Assembly (NCBI RefSeq): GCF_009914755.1
Contig: NC_060931.1
DNA from: the human T2T-CHM13v2.0 reference genome, Homo sapiens
Length of the DNA: 64,000 nucleotides
Strand: one strand, 5' to 3'
Position numbers and translations under genes: made by a program. Positions 15,572 through 29,658 of the stretch are shown here, in pieces. How positions within the stretch are numbered: position 1 is the first letter of the stretch; the number at the start of each line of letters is the position of its first letter. Under the pieces are notes generated by a model that did not search any database, had not been told where the DNA came from, and was given only the letters and a program-made list of their open reading frames with translations.

Positions 15572-17254
15572 CTATAGTTTCTTTAGGAACTCACTGTGCC
15601 AACTTTACTATGGCCCCTAACCAAGATCTAAGTGGCAATTACACTGTGTGCCCCACCCCCCATTCCCCCAGTTCCACTTAAAGTTCTAATACCGATCCCT
15701 CCTTTGAGCACCCAGATGCTGGTAACTCCACATCTCCCTTTGTGTTTCTTCACCCCTAAGGTTGGTTTCTGCTTCTAGCAGTTACTAATATTGGGGTTGC
15801 CTCTGTGACCCCTTTTTATTTTTTTAAGTCTCTTAACACCTGTATAATCAGCTTCCTGTATTAAATTCCTTCCATTTAAAATACATAATGTGTGAGGCTT
15901 CTGCTTTCCATTGAGTGGAACAGTTATTAAGGTTTCTGGATATGTCACCCCTCACAATTACAGTGACATGTTTGTAGTTAATTTTTCTTTCTTGCCAGGT
16001 GACAGTCATACCAAGAGGCCACTGTCTTCTCCATCTGGTCCTTTGTTCAAATGTTTAGTGATTTTTTTTTTCATTTTTTTAATGCTCATAGCCATTGACT
16101 TCATGGATCTGGCCTCTTAGAGCAGGCCTCCAGGATCCTAATTCCTTAGTCCGCAGTGGTCCTAGACATCCAGGTTATCTGGGATGTTGAGTAGTTTGGT
16201 TCAGTCTGTTTAATACAAGTACTTATTCCTATGTATTTTCCAATACAAAGGAGCATACACTGTATAATTTTGGCTTTACCAGTTCCTGCTTGCCTGAGTG
16301 CCTGCTCTTTGAGCCTCCTTTACACACTTCCCAGTGGCCTCCATCCTCACAGACACTGCTCACCAGTGGGCACTTGCAGGACCAGCACTTACTTCCCCTC
16401 ATCTTTCTTTATTTTTCCCAAGACTTTTACTACTGCTCTGTCATCTGCTTTGTTTCCCTTTTCTATTTCCAAACCCTAATTCCCTCATTTTCTTATTATC
16501 CCCAATTGGAGTGACTGATAGTTTGTGTATATTAAAATTTGAAGTACTTGCTGAGAAGGGATATCTGCTGAATTACTTGAATTTTACATAAGGAGAACCT
16601 CCTGCATGAGGAAGCATAATTATATCAACTTATGAATCAAATGAACATTTTATAGACCAGAGGAAAATAGCTACTGATTTAATTAATGGTACTTCTGTTC
16701 TTCAGGTTAATAAATTCGTTACGCCTTTCTACTTTTATTAGAGGAGTTACTTTGTTTCTTTAGTAAACATTTATTGTGTTGTCATGTTTACACAGCTCTA
16801 TATCAGGTAGGTGCATTGAGGGATAGCAAAGGAGTAAAATGACTCAGCTCTTGCCTGCCTTGAAAGACTTTGCTCTGTACTTGGGATATAGAAAAGATAC
16901 ATTAAATAGTGAAGGGACCAAAATAAGTGTGAGACGATGTGCTAGAAACTGTATTTAAATATGTGTTGTGGGGCAGATAATAATGGTACTTCCTGTACAC
17001 AGGCACTGAGCACTTTATTTATGTTGTCTTCTTTAATTCTTACAATTCTGAAATAGTTACTCTAGTTAGTTGTAATTTGTAAGTGATAAACCTGAGGCTT
17101 AAAGGTTAAATCATTTGCCCAAAGACACACATCTACAAAGTGACGGAAGTTAGGATTTAAACCTTAGGTTGGCCTGAGTCTAATGATCATGATAGATAGA
17201 AGTGAAGGTTGCATACAGCTGTGTCTTTGCTTGTTTGCATGTGTGTTTTCAAAT

Positions 17255-17970
17255 ATGCTAGATATCTTGTATTTGCTCCCCTGAATTTCTTTTCCATCCT
17301 GCTCTGTACCCTGGGTTGGCTGACCTGTGTGGATTACACCAGTGAACACTCTTGCCCTTTGGTTCTAGCCAGGTTTGACCAATGTGAAGAACTCAGGAGA
17401 TCTGAGGGTAGACTGAGAATGATGTTGGGTGTATATAATTTTGGCTGTACCAGCTCCTGCCTCTAAGTACCCCTTGATTAGGTGTACTTATACACTGTAC
17501 ACCTCCCACTCCCCCAGCCCCACTTAGGCTTCTAGAGCCAATCCCTCCTTTGAGCACCCAGATTCTGGTAACTCCACAACCCCCCTCTGTTTCTTCAGCT
17601 CTAAGGCTAGTAGTTGCTTCTAAAAGTTACTAATATTGGAATTACCTCTGTGACCCGTTTTAATTTTTTTCAGTCTATTAACAGCTATATAATCAGATTT
17701 ATTATTCCCCTAGCTCTTCTCCATTAGATTCGCACCTGTTGGCTCCATCTCTCTGTGTCTCCTTCTATCCTTTCCCATTTTTCCTCCTTTCTCTGGATCC
17801 TAGGAACCACTCCTTGACCTTTCCAGCACCGAGAGGGGTAACCATTCCTTGTCATGAACACTAACCCTGATCATGACTTTAAAAGTTGTCCCTTGATCAA
17901 ACTCCATTTGAATGCATCATGCCCAATTTGAGTGTTTTATGGATTTCCTGCTGAGGCAGATTGGTATGCA
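17255..17970 (+). mobile_element. LTR33-like ERVL LTR carrying a ~260-bp internal insert
   Basis: ctgctctgtaccctgggttggctgacctgtgtgga...gaccaatg...caggagatctgaggg matches the LTR33 5' part. Resumes at attattcccc (17701) and ends tttgagtgt...tttcctgctg. Confidence 0.65.
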
Positions 17971-17979
17971 GAAATTCTT

Positions 17980-18430
17980 TTATTTATTTATTTATTTTTA
18001 TTATACTTTAAGTTCTAGGGTACATGTGCACAATGTGCAGGTTTGTTACATATGTATACATGTGCCATGTTGGTGTGCTGCACCCATTAACTCGTCATTT
18101 ACATTAGGTATATCTCCTAATGCTATCCCTCCTTCTCCCCCCACCTGATGACAGGCCCCAGTGTGTGATGTTCCCCACCCTGTGTCCAAGTGTTCTCATT
18201 GTTCAATTCCCACCTATGAGTGAGAACAGGTGGTGTTTGGTTTTCTGTCCTTGCGATAGTTTGCTGAGAATGATGGTTTCACACTTCATCCATGTCCCTA
18301 CAAAGGACATGAACTCATCATTTTTTATGGCTGCATAGTATTCTATGGTGTGTATGTGCCACATTTTCTTAATTCAGTCTGTCATTGTTGGACATTTGGG
18401 TTGGTTCCAAGTCTTTGCTGTTGTGAATAG
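17980..18430 (-). mobile_element. 5'-truncated L1PA 3' end (~450 bp)
   Basis: ttattatactttaagttctagggtacatgtgcac... 19-bp TSD TTGGTATGCAGAAATTCTT at 17961-17979 and 18431-18449. Confidence 0.95.
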
Positions 18431-18971
18431 TTGGTATGCAGAAATTCTTGTAAGGCATGCCTTCCTTTCTTCTTCCCTTTCCCACTCCTGTCCTTTCTTA
18501 GTATGTTCAACCTTGAGGATAAGAAATAGCTAAAGCATGGTCCCTACCCTGAGGAATTTATAATAAAGGTTAACATTTAATTAATAATAATGGAAATAAA
18601 AACTAGTAATGTACTTGAGAAGCAGAGTGACAGAGAGAGAATCTAGCAAATGAAATTAGCTGATTACTCAGTGGAAAATGCAGACAACAATTCACAAATC
18701 AGTTGCTAATTCTTTCTACCATGTATATTAACTTTGTCCCTTGGCCAGAATTTTGAAGTTATTTTCTTTATTTAGCTTAATGAAACAACATCAAGGAGAG
18801 TGTAAAGTCTTTTTCAATGTAAAGTGACTGAAACTTTGCTTTTTAGAACTCATCATTTCACTAAAAAATAAGTTCACCGTAAGAACTCTCCATCAGATAG
18901 AATTCCTGATGGATGTTCCAGGATTTAAGATGCATACAAAGTTTGGGAAGGCCTGTCAGTTTTTTAAAAAA

Positions 18972-19668
18972 ATTAATAGGCTTTTTTTGGGTGGGAGGGG
19001 GCTCAACTTTCAGTTTACAGGAAAATTGAACAGAAAGTACAGAGTTCCCGTGTTACTTCTCATTCCCTATTCCAGTTTCCCCTGTTATTACTATTTTGCG
19101 TGAATATGGTACATTTAGTATAATTCATGAACCAAGATTGACTCACTATTATTAACTAAAGTTCATAGTTTACATTAGGGTTCACTCTGTGTTGTGCCGT
19201 TCTCTGGGTTTTGACAAATGAATGACATGTATTTACCATTACTGTATCACACAGTATAGTTTCAGTACCCTAAAAAATTCCCTGTGCTTCACCTGTTATT
19301 CATTTCTCCTTCTCTGCCCTGAGCTCCTGCCAACCACTGATCCTTTTACTGTCTCCATAGTTTTGCCTTTTCCAGATGTTATATGGTTGAAGTCAAATAG
19401 TCTGTAGCCTTTTCAAACTGGCTTCTTTCACTTAGCAGTATACACTTAAGGTTCCTCTATGTCTTTCCATGGCTTGACAGCTCATTTCATTTTATCACTG
19501 AGTGGTATTCCATTGTATGGATGTACCATAGTTTGTTTCTCCATTTACCCAGTGATGTAACATAGTTTGTTTTTCCATTTACCTATCTTGATTGTTTCCA
19601 AGTTTTGGCAATTATGAATAAAGCTTCTGTAAGTATGTAGTGCAGGATTGTGTTTGGATGTAAATTTT
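18972..19668 (-). mobile_element. L1MC1/2-like 3' end
   Basis: ttaataggc...acaggaaaattgaacagaaagtacagagttccc...gttcatagtttacattagggttcactct. Confidence 0.75.
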
Positions 19669-20662
19669 GTACTGGTGTCCCAGGATTTAAGATGCATGTG
19701 AAGTTCGAGATGGTCTATCGGTTTAAAAAAAAAACAGCCTGGAAAAATGTGATTTCTGAAAAGGGGTTTCTTTAAACTAGTCACAGTTAAGGGCAGATAC
19801 TGACTTCCTTGCCAGACATACTTAGGCTTGATTAATCACTTAATCACATACTTAAGTATGATCTGAGAATTAGAGTTGAAATACAAACTGAATATCTGAC
19901 ATAAATCAAGTATAAAATTGTTATCTGTTTTATAATTGCACATGAGCAACGTACTCAACCAGTTTTATTTCAAATTGAGGACCTAAACACATTACAAATG
20001 CATATCTAGAGTATGAACACTTCTTTGGTTGTTAACATAGCTCTTACTTCCTTTTGAGTAAGCAAAGAGCCATTCTTTCAAGACTTCCTGTGGCCACCAA
20101 TAATTCTGCCGAGGGGTCTGACATCTTGTGAATTTGCCAACCTTTCATCAGAGACTTTGACTCATGCTGAAACACCCTTCATTTCTAGTGGTCTGTTTCA
20201 ATCTTCTGGTTCAGTGTTGAGCCAGAACATATAAATTCCCATCTGAAAACCTAACTTCAGGAAAATCACTTGAACTTTTTTGTGTCTCACCAAGTATGAG
20301 GCCTGTCTCTGCAGCCTGGGGATGTTATAAAGGTGGATTAGCCCATGTTTTTAAAGCACTTACAGCTCCCATGGGGAAACCTTTTGCGACTTCCAGGCAT
20401 AATTACCTGTGTATTCCAGCTGGAATAAGGCAAACAGAGTGCACTCACTTTAAAGCCAAATGCTCATCCTTTTCTTTCAGGGACTCCATTTGGCTTCCTC
20501 ATATGGGGTATATTAATATCTTGAACGTGAAAGCATTTGAGTTACAATGGGGAATGTTTCACTTATTATTCAACATTTCATCATAAATTTGGACTCATTA
20601 TTATTTTGATACCTGAAACTAAATACGTCATGCATGGTAGCCCAGAATCTTCCTTAACCTAA

Positions 20663-20996
<334 letters not shown>

Positions 20997-21859
20997 TTCT
21001 CCTTTTTTCTGAAGACTGTCTAGAGCTTCTTGATCTGGTTGTGCCCACTTAATGGAAGCATTCCAGTCTGCATTATTCTCCATGTAGTTAGAGCATCTTG
21101 TGTGACAATAAACATGAGAAACAACTTTATAGTTTTTTTGCAATTATTTATAAAGATCATAAACATGAAGTTTTTTTAGTAACTGAAAAACAGGCACAAC
21201 TAACAATAGTGGAAAAACACAGTCTGTTTCATAGAAAATGACTTAGGCTAAAATATGACACATCTCACTGCCTTTTGAGATTTATGCCCCTCTCTGCTGA
21301 CACCAACAAGATCGTGTGAACTGGAAATACTTGCAGAGAAATATTTAAAAATATTTTCTAAAAATATAATTTATAGATGAAAAATTGATGTCACAAACAT
21401 TTGGTTGATTAGAAATTCCTGTTTCTCATTTATGTAACTCCTTCTCCCTTTCATTTTTCAATAGTAAGAGACTATCATAGTTTTACATTTTGGAGGTGCA
21501 AATGGTTTGGACTATTCAATAGCCCAAATGGTCAAATGGTTTTGGGCTATTGAATAGCCCAAATCATTCACTGTGATAAGGACTTTGAATACAGTTTGAT
21601 TTATTTTTGTTTCCTTGCTTGAAATATATTTTACAAATATTTTCAGTGGACATTCATCAACTTAGTTCATTCTCCATCTTTTCTTTGCCTTGACAGAGCT
21701 CTCAATAGTTGATGCTAAATTTATTAAAGTAGATGTAAAAATCTAAAGCTGGATGTAAAATTTAGCATGTGATAGTAAATTTTAATATCTTTAGTTTTCT
21801 GGCATAGTGTTGGCAGAGATGTTCTAGATCTATATAAATTAATCTTTTGATATTTTTCT

Positions 21860-22012
21860 AGATCCATGCTGTTGAATGTGGTAGGCACTAGACACTTAGG
21901 ATTTTTAAGCATGTGACATGTGGCTCATGGGTCTGAGGGACTGAATTTTTAATTTTAATGAATTCAGATAACCACATATGGGCCAGTGGCTACTCTATTG
22001 GACAGCACAGCT
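21860..22012. mobile_element. MER3/MER33-like hAT-Charlie MITE
   Basis: Terminal inverted ends gctgttgaatgtggtaggcactag ... cagtggctactctattggacagc. Confidence 0.75.
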
Positions 22013-22369
22013 CAAGTGAGTCATTTGGTTGCCAAAGGCTTAAACTTTATCTTAATGACCTGGCCAACTTAACAACGACAGCAAAAATAAAAATTTAATG
22101 GCCATCTGTTTACTTCATGCTAGGGATATCACAGAATATTTAATTTTTACTATATGCAACAACCCTATAAGCTCCTATTTTACCATGAGGAGACCAAGGC
22201 CCATTGAGCCTAGGTAACTTCATGAAGGTCATAGAGCTAGTCCACATCTTTGCTCCTTCTGTTTTGCCATAAGATCTAATTTTTGTTCAAACTGTAGGAT
22301 CAATTATTATGTTGAATGGCTCTCAATTTAGATTTGTCTGACTTTTTTTATAATTAGGTTGAGGTTTCC

Positions 22370-23180
22370 CAATATTTTCATCACCCTAAAATGAAACCCT
22401 GTGCCTGCTAGCAGTCACTGCTCCTCCCACAACCCCTGGCAACCACTTACCTACTGTCTGTCTCTAAAGATTTCTCTATTCCAGAGATTTCACCTAAATG
22501 GAATCACACACCATCTTAGTCTATTTGGGCTAGTGTAACAAAATATCTTAGACTGGGTGACTTATAAACAACAGAAATGTATTTCTCATAGTCCTGGAGG
22601 CTGAAAGTTCAAGATCAGGATGCCAGCATGGTTCTGGTGAGGGCCCTCTTCTAGGTTGCACACTTATGAAGTCTTACTGTATACTCAGATGGTAGAAGGG
22701 ATACTCTGATCTTTTCAGCCCTTTATAAGGGCACTTATCTCATTCATAAGGGCTCCACCCTCGTGATCTAATTAACTCCCCAGGGCCCGCCTCGTAATAC
22801 CATCATATTGGGGATTAGATTACAACATACGGATTTTGGAGCGAGGAGCATAAATGTTCAGATCTTAGCATCCACTGTATGGTCTTTTGTCACTGTGTTC
22901 TTTCATTTAACATGTTTTCAAGGTACATCCTTGTTGTAGCGTGTATCAGTGCTTTCTTTTTATGGTTTACTAATATTCCATCATATGGATAGGACACATT
23001 TTGTTTATTCATTTGGTTGCTGGAGATATGGGTTGTTATCATTTTTTTGTTATGGTGAATAGTGCTGCTATAAACACCCATACATAGGTTTTTTTATGGA
23101 GAAATAAGGTTTCATTTTGTTTGGGTATATACCTAAGAGTGTAATTGATGTGTCATATGGTAACTATGATATGTTTAGCA
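22370..23180 (-). mobile_element. L1MB-like 3' fragment interrupted by a MaLR LTR
   Basis: ttttcatcaccc...cccctggcaaccact; after the LTR, ctttcatttaacatgttttcaaggtacatcc...gggtatatacctaagagtg. Confidence 0.7.
22513..22870 (-). mobile_element. MLT1A0/MSTD-like MaLR solo LTR
   Basis: tcttagtctatttgggct...agtcctggaggctgaaagttcaagatc...ttcagatcttagca. Confidence 0.8.
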
Positions 23181-24153
23181 TTTCTGAATCAGGGGTAGTT
23201 TCTTTTTGATAAATGCGATTGGTTCTTCATTCCTTCTGGTAGTTTCTGTCTAGTAGTGAATTAGAGTTACAATGGAGTATAGATTCAGGATGATAATAAT
23301 TAAAGAACAATAGTGTGTCTGGTACTCTCCCTAAATTCTGGGTTAAACATTTAAAAAATGACTAATACTTGTTTTTGGATTTTGGGGCATAGTGTTAAAA
23401 ACATTGGGGATTAAAAGAATGCATGACAGTCTTTCCTCTTATGTCTTTCTTCTTACATTTGTTCTAAAAACCTATACGTTGGTTGGTCATTATATATAAA
23501 GTGGCATTCCCAGTGTAATCTAGACAATGGGAATCCACAGACTGTTGGTAGAATATTGGTTGAAATAACAGTCTGCACTTTGAGTAAGTGTTAAAGATAT
23601 CAGGGGGAAAATTCACGAACCCAAAGCAAGACAATAATCCCTGTAAGTTTATAGCATTTTCGCAGGCCTCATATTATGTTCAGACCCCAAAGGGTTAGAT
23701 TATATGCTTCCTGCTGATTTGTCTGCAAGAAACAGCAGAATTTTAAGGTAGTACAGCTTCTTTTTGTTCAATAAATATACGTTTCTTGCTGAAATGACAG
23801 AAATTTGAAACTACTTTTAAAAAATATACATAGTTTAATAATTCCATGAATGTTGCCAGGAATGATCTTATTAAAAATAGGGATATGATGAATTTGGCCC
23901 GCAAGAATATTACCCTGAAACAGTACCTTTGGTTAAAAAAGAAAAAGCAATTCTGGTATAAAAATGTCCATTCTTTTGATATTCTCCTGATTTCCCCTGT
24001 TTTGTCAAGCTTATACAAATAATGATATAAGGTAGAAATGAAGGAAAGTGTCCAAGAATGGTACAAAGGGCGGTGGAAAAGTTCCAAGTAATTCAGAAAG
24101 AGCTCAGCAGTCTGGGGTTTTTGGAGGGGATGGAATCCTGGAGCCAGGGAATG

Positions 24154-24154
<1 letters not shown>

Positions 24155-24210
<56 letters not shown>

Positions 24211-24226
24211 ATGTGTGTGTGTGTGC
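24155..24226. repeat. (CT)n(GT)n compound dinucleotide microsatellite
   Basis: Directly visible. Confidence 0.97.
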
Positions 24227-24499
24227 ACGCACGTGCTCATGGGTGCAGATTTTTTGGATTGACTCCAACAGTAAAAGCACGACCTTATTAATTTGGACTC
24301 CACTAATTAGAAAATTATTGTGAAATGGATAAGGATTGAGCTTAAAGTTAAATAGCATTTTCTGAGAAATTAATGGCATAGATATAAAGTAAATGTTTGA
24401 CCTATTTTGGAGAAGATAATGGTTTACAGTGCTTCTGTAATGAAGGATCCATGCATAATCATTTTAGTAACAGTTATTGAACGTGTAGAATGTTGAGAA

Positions 24500-24850
24500 A
24501 GAGTAGTGTGATGGCTAAGAGCATAGATTGGAGCATCACACCCCCTGGGGTCAAATATTGGCTCTACCATTTACTAATTCTACAATTTGCTAAATCAAAT
24601 ACTGGCTAACTCAAATATCTATTTACTAACTCAAGTATCTATTTACTAACTCAAATATTGGCTCTACCATTTACTAACCTGGGCAAGTTACTTAATTTCT
24701 CTCAGCCCCAGTTTCTTCCTCTGTAAGATGGGAATAATAATATTGCCTACCTCTTAGCTTTGCTATAGAGATTGAATGTATTAATATAAAAATGCTTAGC
24801 TCTATACTCGGTACCTGATAAATGTAACATTAAGTGGTAACTATTATTAC
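24500..24850 (+). mobile_element. MIR with internal tandem duplications
   Basis: ctgggcaagttacttaatttctctcagccccagtttcttcctctgtaagatggg MIR core. Confidence 0.8.
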
Positions 24851-25628
24851 TGTGTTCCTGGCACCCTGCTAAGTGCAGTGAGAAGATAAAAGAGAATTTC
24901 TGGTGTCAAAATGTGACGAACTAACAGATAAAATAATGTGTATTGATATATACATACAATATCAGTGTCATACAGTACAAATAGGTACATATTTTCTGTG
25001 TAGTTTACTGTTTATAAACTGTATTCAATTCAATGATCTTTCAGAAACTTAGTTTGAATCTCTTCAAATGGTGGAAAAATAAGCATTTTCTATAACATGC
25101 TCTGTAGCTCTGACTTTTCCTTAAGTTCCGAATGACTTTCTCCTGGTTGGATTGGTTTAGTGAAGTGTGACTATTTGGCCCTCCCATGGAAATGCATACA
25201 CTGACCACATGTCTCAGGTGAATGGACCCATCAGGAGGGAATGGTCTTGTTTCTTGAATACCTTTTTGTGGCCCAACTGCAAAGCAGTGGCTCCTGAGTC
25301 ACAGGAGGTAGAAACTGACAAAACCATGGAGTGCAGCCACTGTGTGAATTGCCTTCAACCATGACTGCTTGGCTTTTAGAGATGGAACAGACATTCGTCA
25401 TGTGGTTATTCCCCAGTGATTCTGAAAACTTTTCTGCCAAAATGTTAAGGCACTGGTGAATTGAGTTCTATGTCTGCTGCAAGAGTCCTGTGGAAATTCT
25501 TGAGAGTCTGAAATTTGCCTAATGCTTTTTCTCAAACTGAAATTAAAAGCCAAAACAAAACATCTTTTGCAAAATATCTATTGCTGCCCTTTTTTCTAGC
25601 TTCATTTCTATTTTAGAAGTGTGTTGAG

Positions 25629-25742
25629 CAGGGCCACTGTAGTGTACAACTCCGAGGGACACTATTCATAGACAGCTTACGTAAATTGCACCCTCTGGAA
25701 TTTTGAGTACGTGATCTACATAGCCACACATGGAGGTCCTTG
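25629..25742. mobile_element. MER91-like hAT-Tip100 relic
   Basis: cagggcc...acaactccgagggacactattca...aattgcaccctctggaattt...ggtccttg, with the internal palindrome typical of MER91. Confidence 0.55.
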
Positions 25743-26509
25743 TGCCGAATTGTTTGTTAGTTATGTTCATAGAACCTGTTGTTACAAGTTCTTTGGAATA
25801 TATGCTAGTCTTAGTGATGAAATTGGGCAGTGACTGGGTATGGTCTTTAAGTCTACATATTTAGATAACCCTGTATTTAACCACATGCCTTCTGTGTCTG
25901 GTGGCATTAACCCAAATTCTCAGTGTTATCATCAAGATTATTATGACATGCCTTGTCACTGTAGGTCATCTGGTGACTAGTTTTTAACGGGTTTCTAATC
26001 CTTGTGTGCTGGGACCTCACTAAGCATTCTTCACTTTTGAGCCTGGCTTGTGTTATTACAGCCACTGTTGCTAGGACTGATTCTTCTGTTGTCACTTGAA
26101 GGTCTAGGAGGTTATAAATGTATTGAGGCTTGTGTGCAAAAGTTGCTCTATCTCATACAGCAAGGCTGGCTCAATTCATACGGTGCCCTACCCATGTAGC
26201 AAGGGTCTGGAGCAAATGTAACAGCTGCCTAGTGGTAGTCAAAGAACTCCCTGCATTACAAAAGGATTAAATATGCTGCTTGCTAGAGCTTGTCTGGCAG
26301 GAGCTTCAGAGTCCTTCCAGGGAGTAAAAACAATTATATTTCAACAAAGGAGTAAGAAAAATTGGCACGTCCCTCCATGAGGTCACTTCACTTTGGAAAA
26401 AGCATTTGTGTGCTTTATTTTAAACAACTTTGTCAATACTTTGAGGAACACTTTCACATGTTTGGAACTTAGGAGAATTGGTATACAACAAGTCCATCAG
26501 TTTAAACCA

Positions 26510-27330
26510 CAGCCATTTAGAACTGAAAGAAATTCTGGTATCATTTATCATGAGCTCCTCATTTTACAGGTGACAGAGTCTAAGGCCCTGAGAAGCTAAG
26601 TAACTTGTGGGAAGTCACAGAGCCCATGGGTGATAAGAAGTGAACCAGCACCCAGGTTATGCTGTGCCAGTGAAATACAAGTCCTGCTTTGCTCTCTTGC
26701 TCTCTTGATTTTCTCCCCTGAGGAAAGTGCCCTTGGCAAAGCCAGAGATGGGGACATTTAAATGGGGACATTTAAAGAATCTGTTGCCTTTGGGGTGATT
26801 TTCATTTGAATACTTCATTGGCATGATAGTGGAATAATGCTTATGGAATAATTCCTCTGTTAAGAGGAATAACCTTGGGCAGTTAGTTAACCTCTCTGTG
26901 CTTCACTTTCCTCCTTTGTAAAATCACATTTACTTCCTCACAGAAATGCAAGGATGCTATGAGTTCACACTTGTAAAGTACTTGTAACAGTGCTTGGCAC
27001 AGGGAAGGTGCTATGCACCATGAGCTGTTAGGATTATGAGCTGGAAGTTGCCTTTTAATTTTTTATAGCTCATTTATAAGAGAGGAAATATTTGTAGAAA
27101 GGTTTCATCATCTTGCTTGTATTGCTTTTTCTCAAGAAGAACTCAAGTATGACAAGAGCAGAGACTTTGGTACCAGATAAACATGGGTTTGAATCTGGGC
27201 TCCTCCACTTTCTAGCTATGCAACCTGATCACCTCATGCCCCTGTTCAGTTTACTCATCTGTAAAGTGGAGATGTGAGCATGTACTTTACTGTGAAGGCT
27301 AGGGGAAATGGATGTGAAACCTAGCTGTAG
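26510..27330. mobile_element. Cluster of three MIR fragments (~26510-26700 minus, ~26860-27040 plus, ~27150-27330 plus)
   Basis: cattttacaggtgacagagtctaagg; ccttgggcagttagttaacctctctgtgc; tcagtttactcatctgtaaagtgg. Confidence 0.65.
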
Positions 27331-27416
27331 CACACAAGTATTTTTTGTTGTTGTTGTTCCCTTTGCGTTGAGTGGAATGTCTACACACACTTTGGGGTGA
27401 TTGGAACTAAGATGGG

Positions 27417-27417
<1 letters not shown>

Positions 27418-27451
<34 letters not shown>
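27418..27451. repeat. (CA)n microsatellite
   Basis: Directly visible. Confidence 0.97.
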
Positions 27452-27453
<2 letters not shown>

Positions 27454-28240
27454 AGAGTTCTGTTACCTCCATGTAGGCCACCCCCTTCTTTCTTACCAAC
27501 TTTGGGAAATCTCTCTCCATATAAAAAATTACACTTCACTTCATGTGTATTGCTTTGAACTATTTAAAATTGTTTATTACATATTCACACTCTCTCTCAG
27601 AAATTGAGTGGTTGGGAAAACGTTAAGATTTATTTATCTTGGATCACCCTGTCTTTCATACGGAGGGTGTCGTAGATACTTAGTAAGGAACTGCTGATGT
27701 TAATGGATGAGTCTTAGCACAGTGAGCAGGGAGAGTGGGGCTCCTGCCAGTATGTTCACAACCTGCATTCTCCAGTTCTTCCCCTCCTTCAGTGTGTTAG
27801 TTTATGCCTTTGAGCTCTGAGGAGAAACCATTGTTTTCTTGTCTCCATTTTTCTAGTGTGAGAAACTAGAAATATTCCCATGCACTGAATTGTTACTAGC
27901 AAAATTTCTGCTTCAATATTTTGGTCATACTCTTCTATTTAGTGTCTCTCTCAAAATTCATTGCAACCTTCAGTCACCTTTGGTTTTAATAAAACAAAAA
28001 CAGATTTTTCTTCCTTTTAATGGTTCAAGAGCTCCTCGATAATGTTTGCATTTTAATAGTACCTTTACTTTGGAAAATAGGAATTGCTTTGCAAAAAATA
28101 CTGAGTTTCCAGTGAAAATTAATTACACTATAAATCTGAAAGTAATATTTTCTAATACATTTTCTGTAACTAAATTTTACACTTTTCACATATTTTATAT
28201 TTTCCTTAAAAACTTTCCAAATTGTTGTTTTTTTTTCTGA

Positions 28241-29276
<1,036 letters not shown>

Positions 29277-29317
29277 AAATCATGTTTTTGCTAATAGTAT
29301 TTAAAAAGCACTCATTC

Positions 29318-29658
<341 letters not shown>

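Noticed and set aside
23743-24379. 186-aa and overlapping ORFs with RERE/SLSL runs
   Set aside because: Kept open by the (CT)n(GT)n repeat; no domain or splice support.
24551-24678. Repeat-spacer-like pattern resembling a CRISPR array
   Set aside because: Eukaryotic context, the units derive from MIR sequence, and there are no unique spacers or cas genes.
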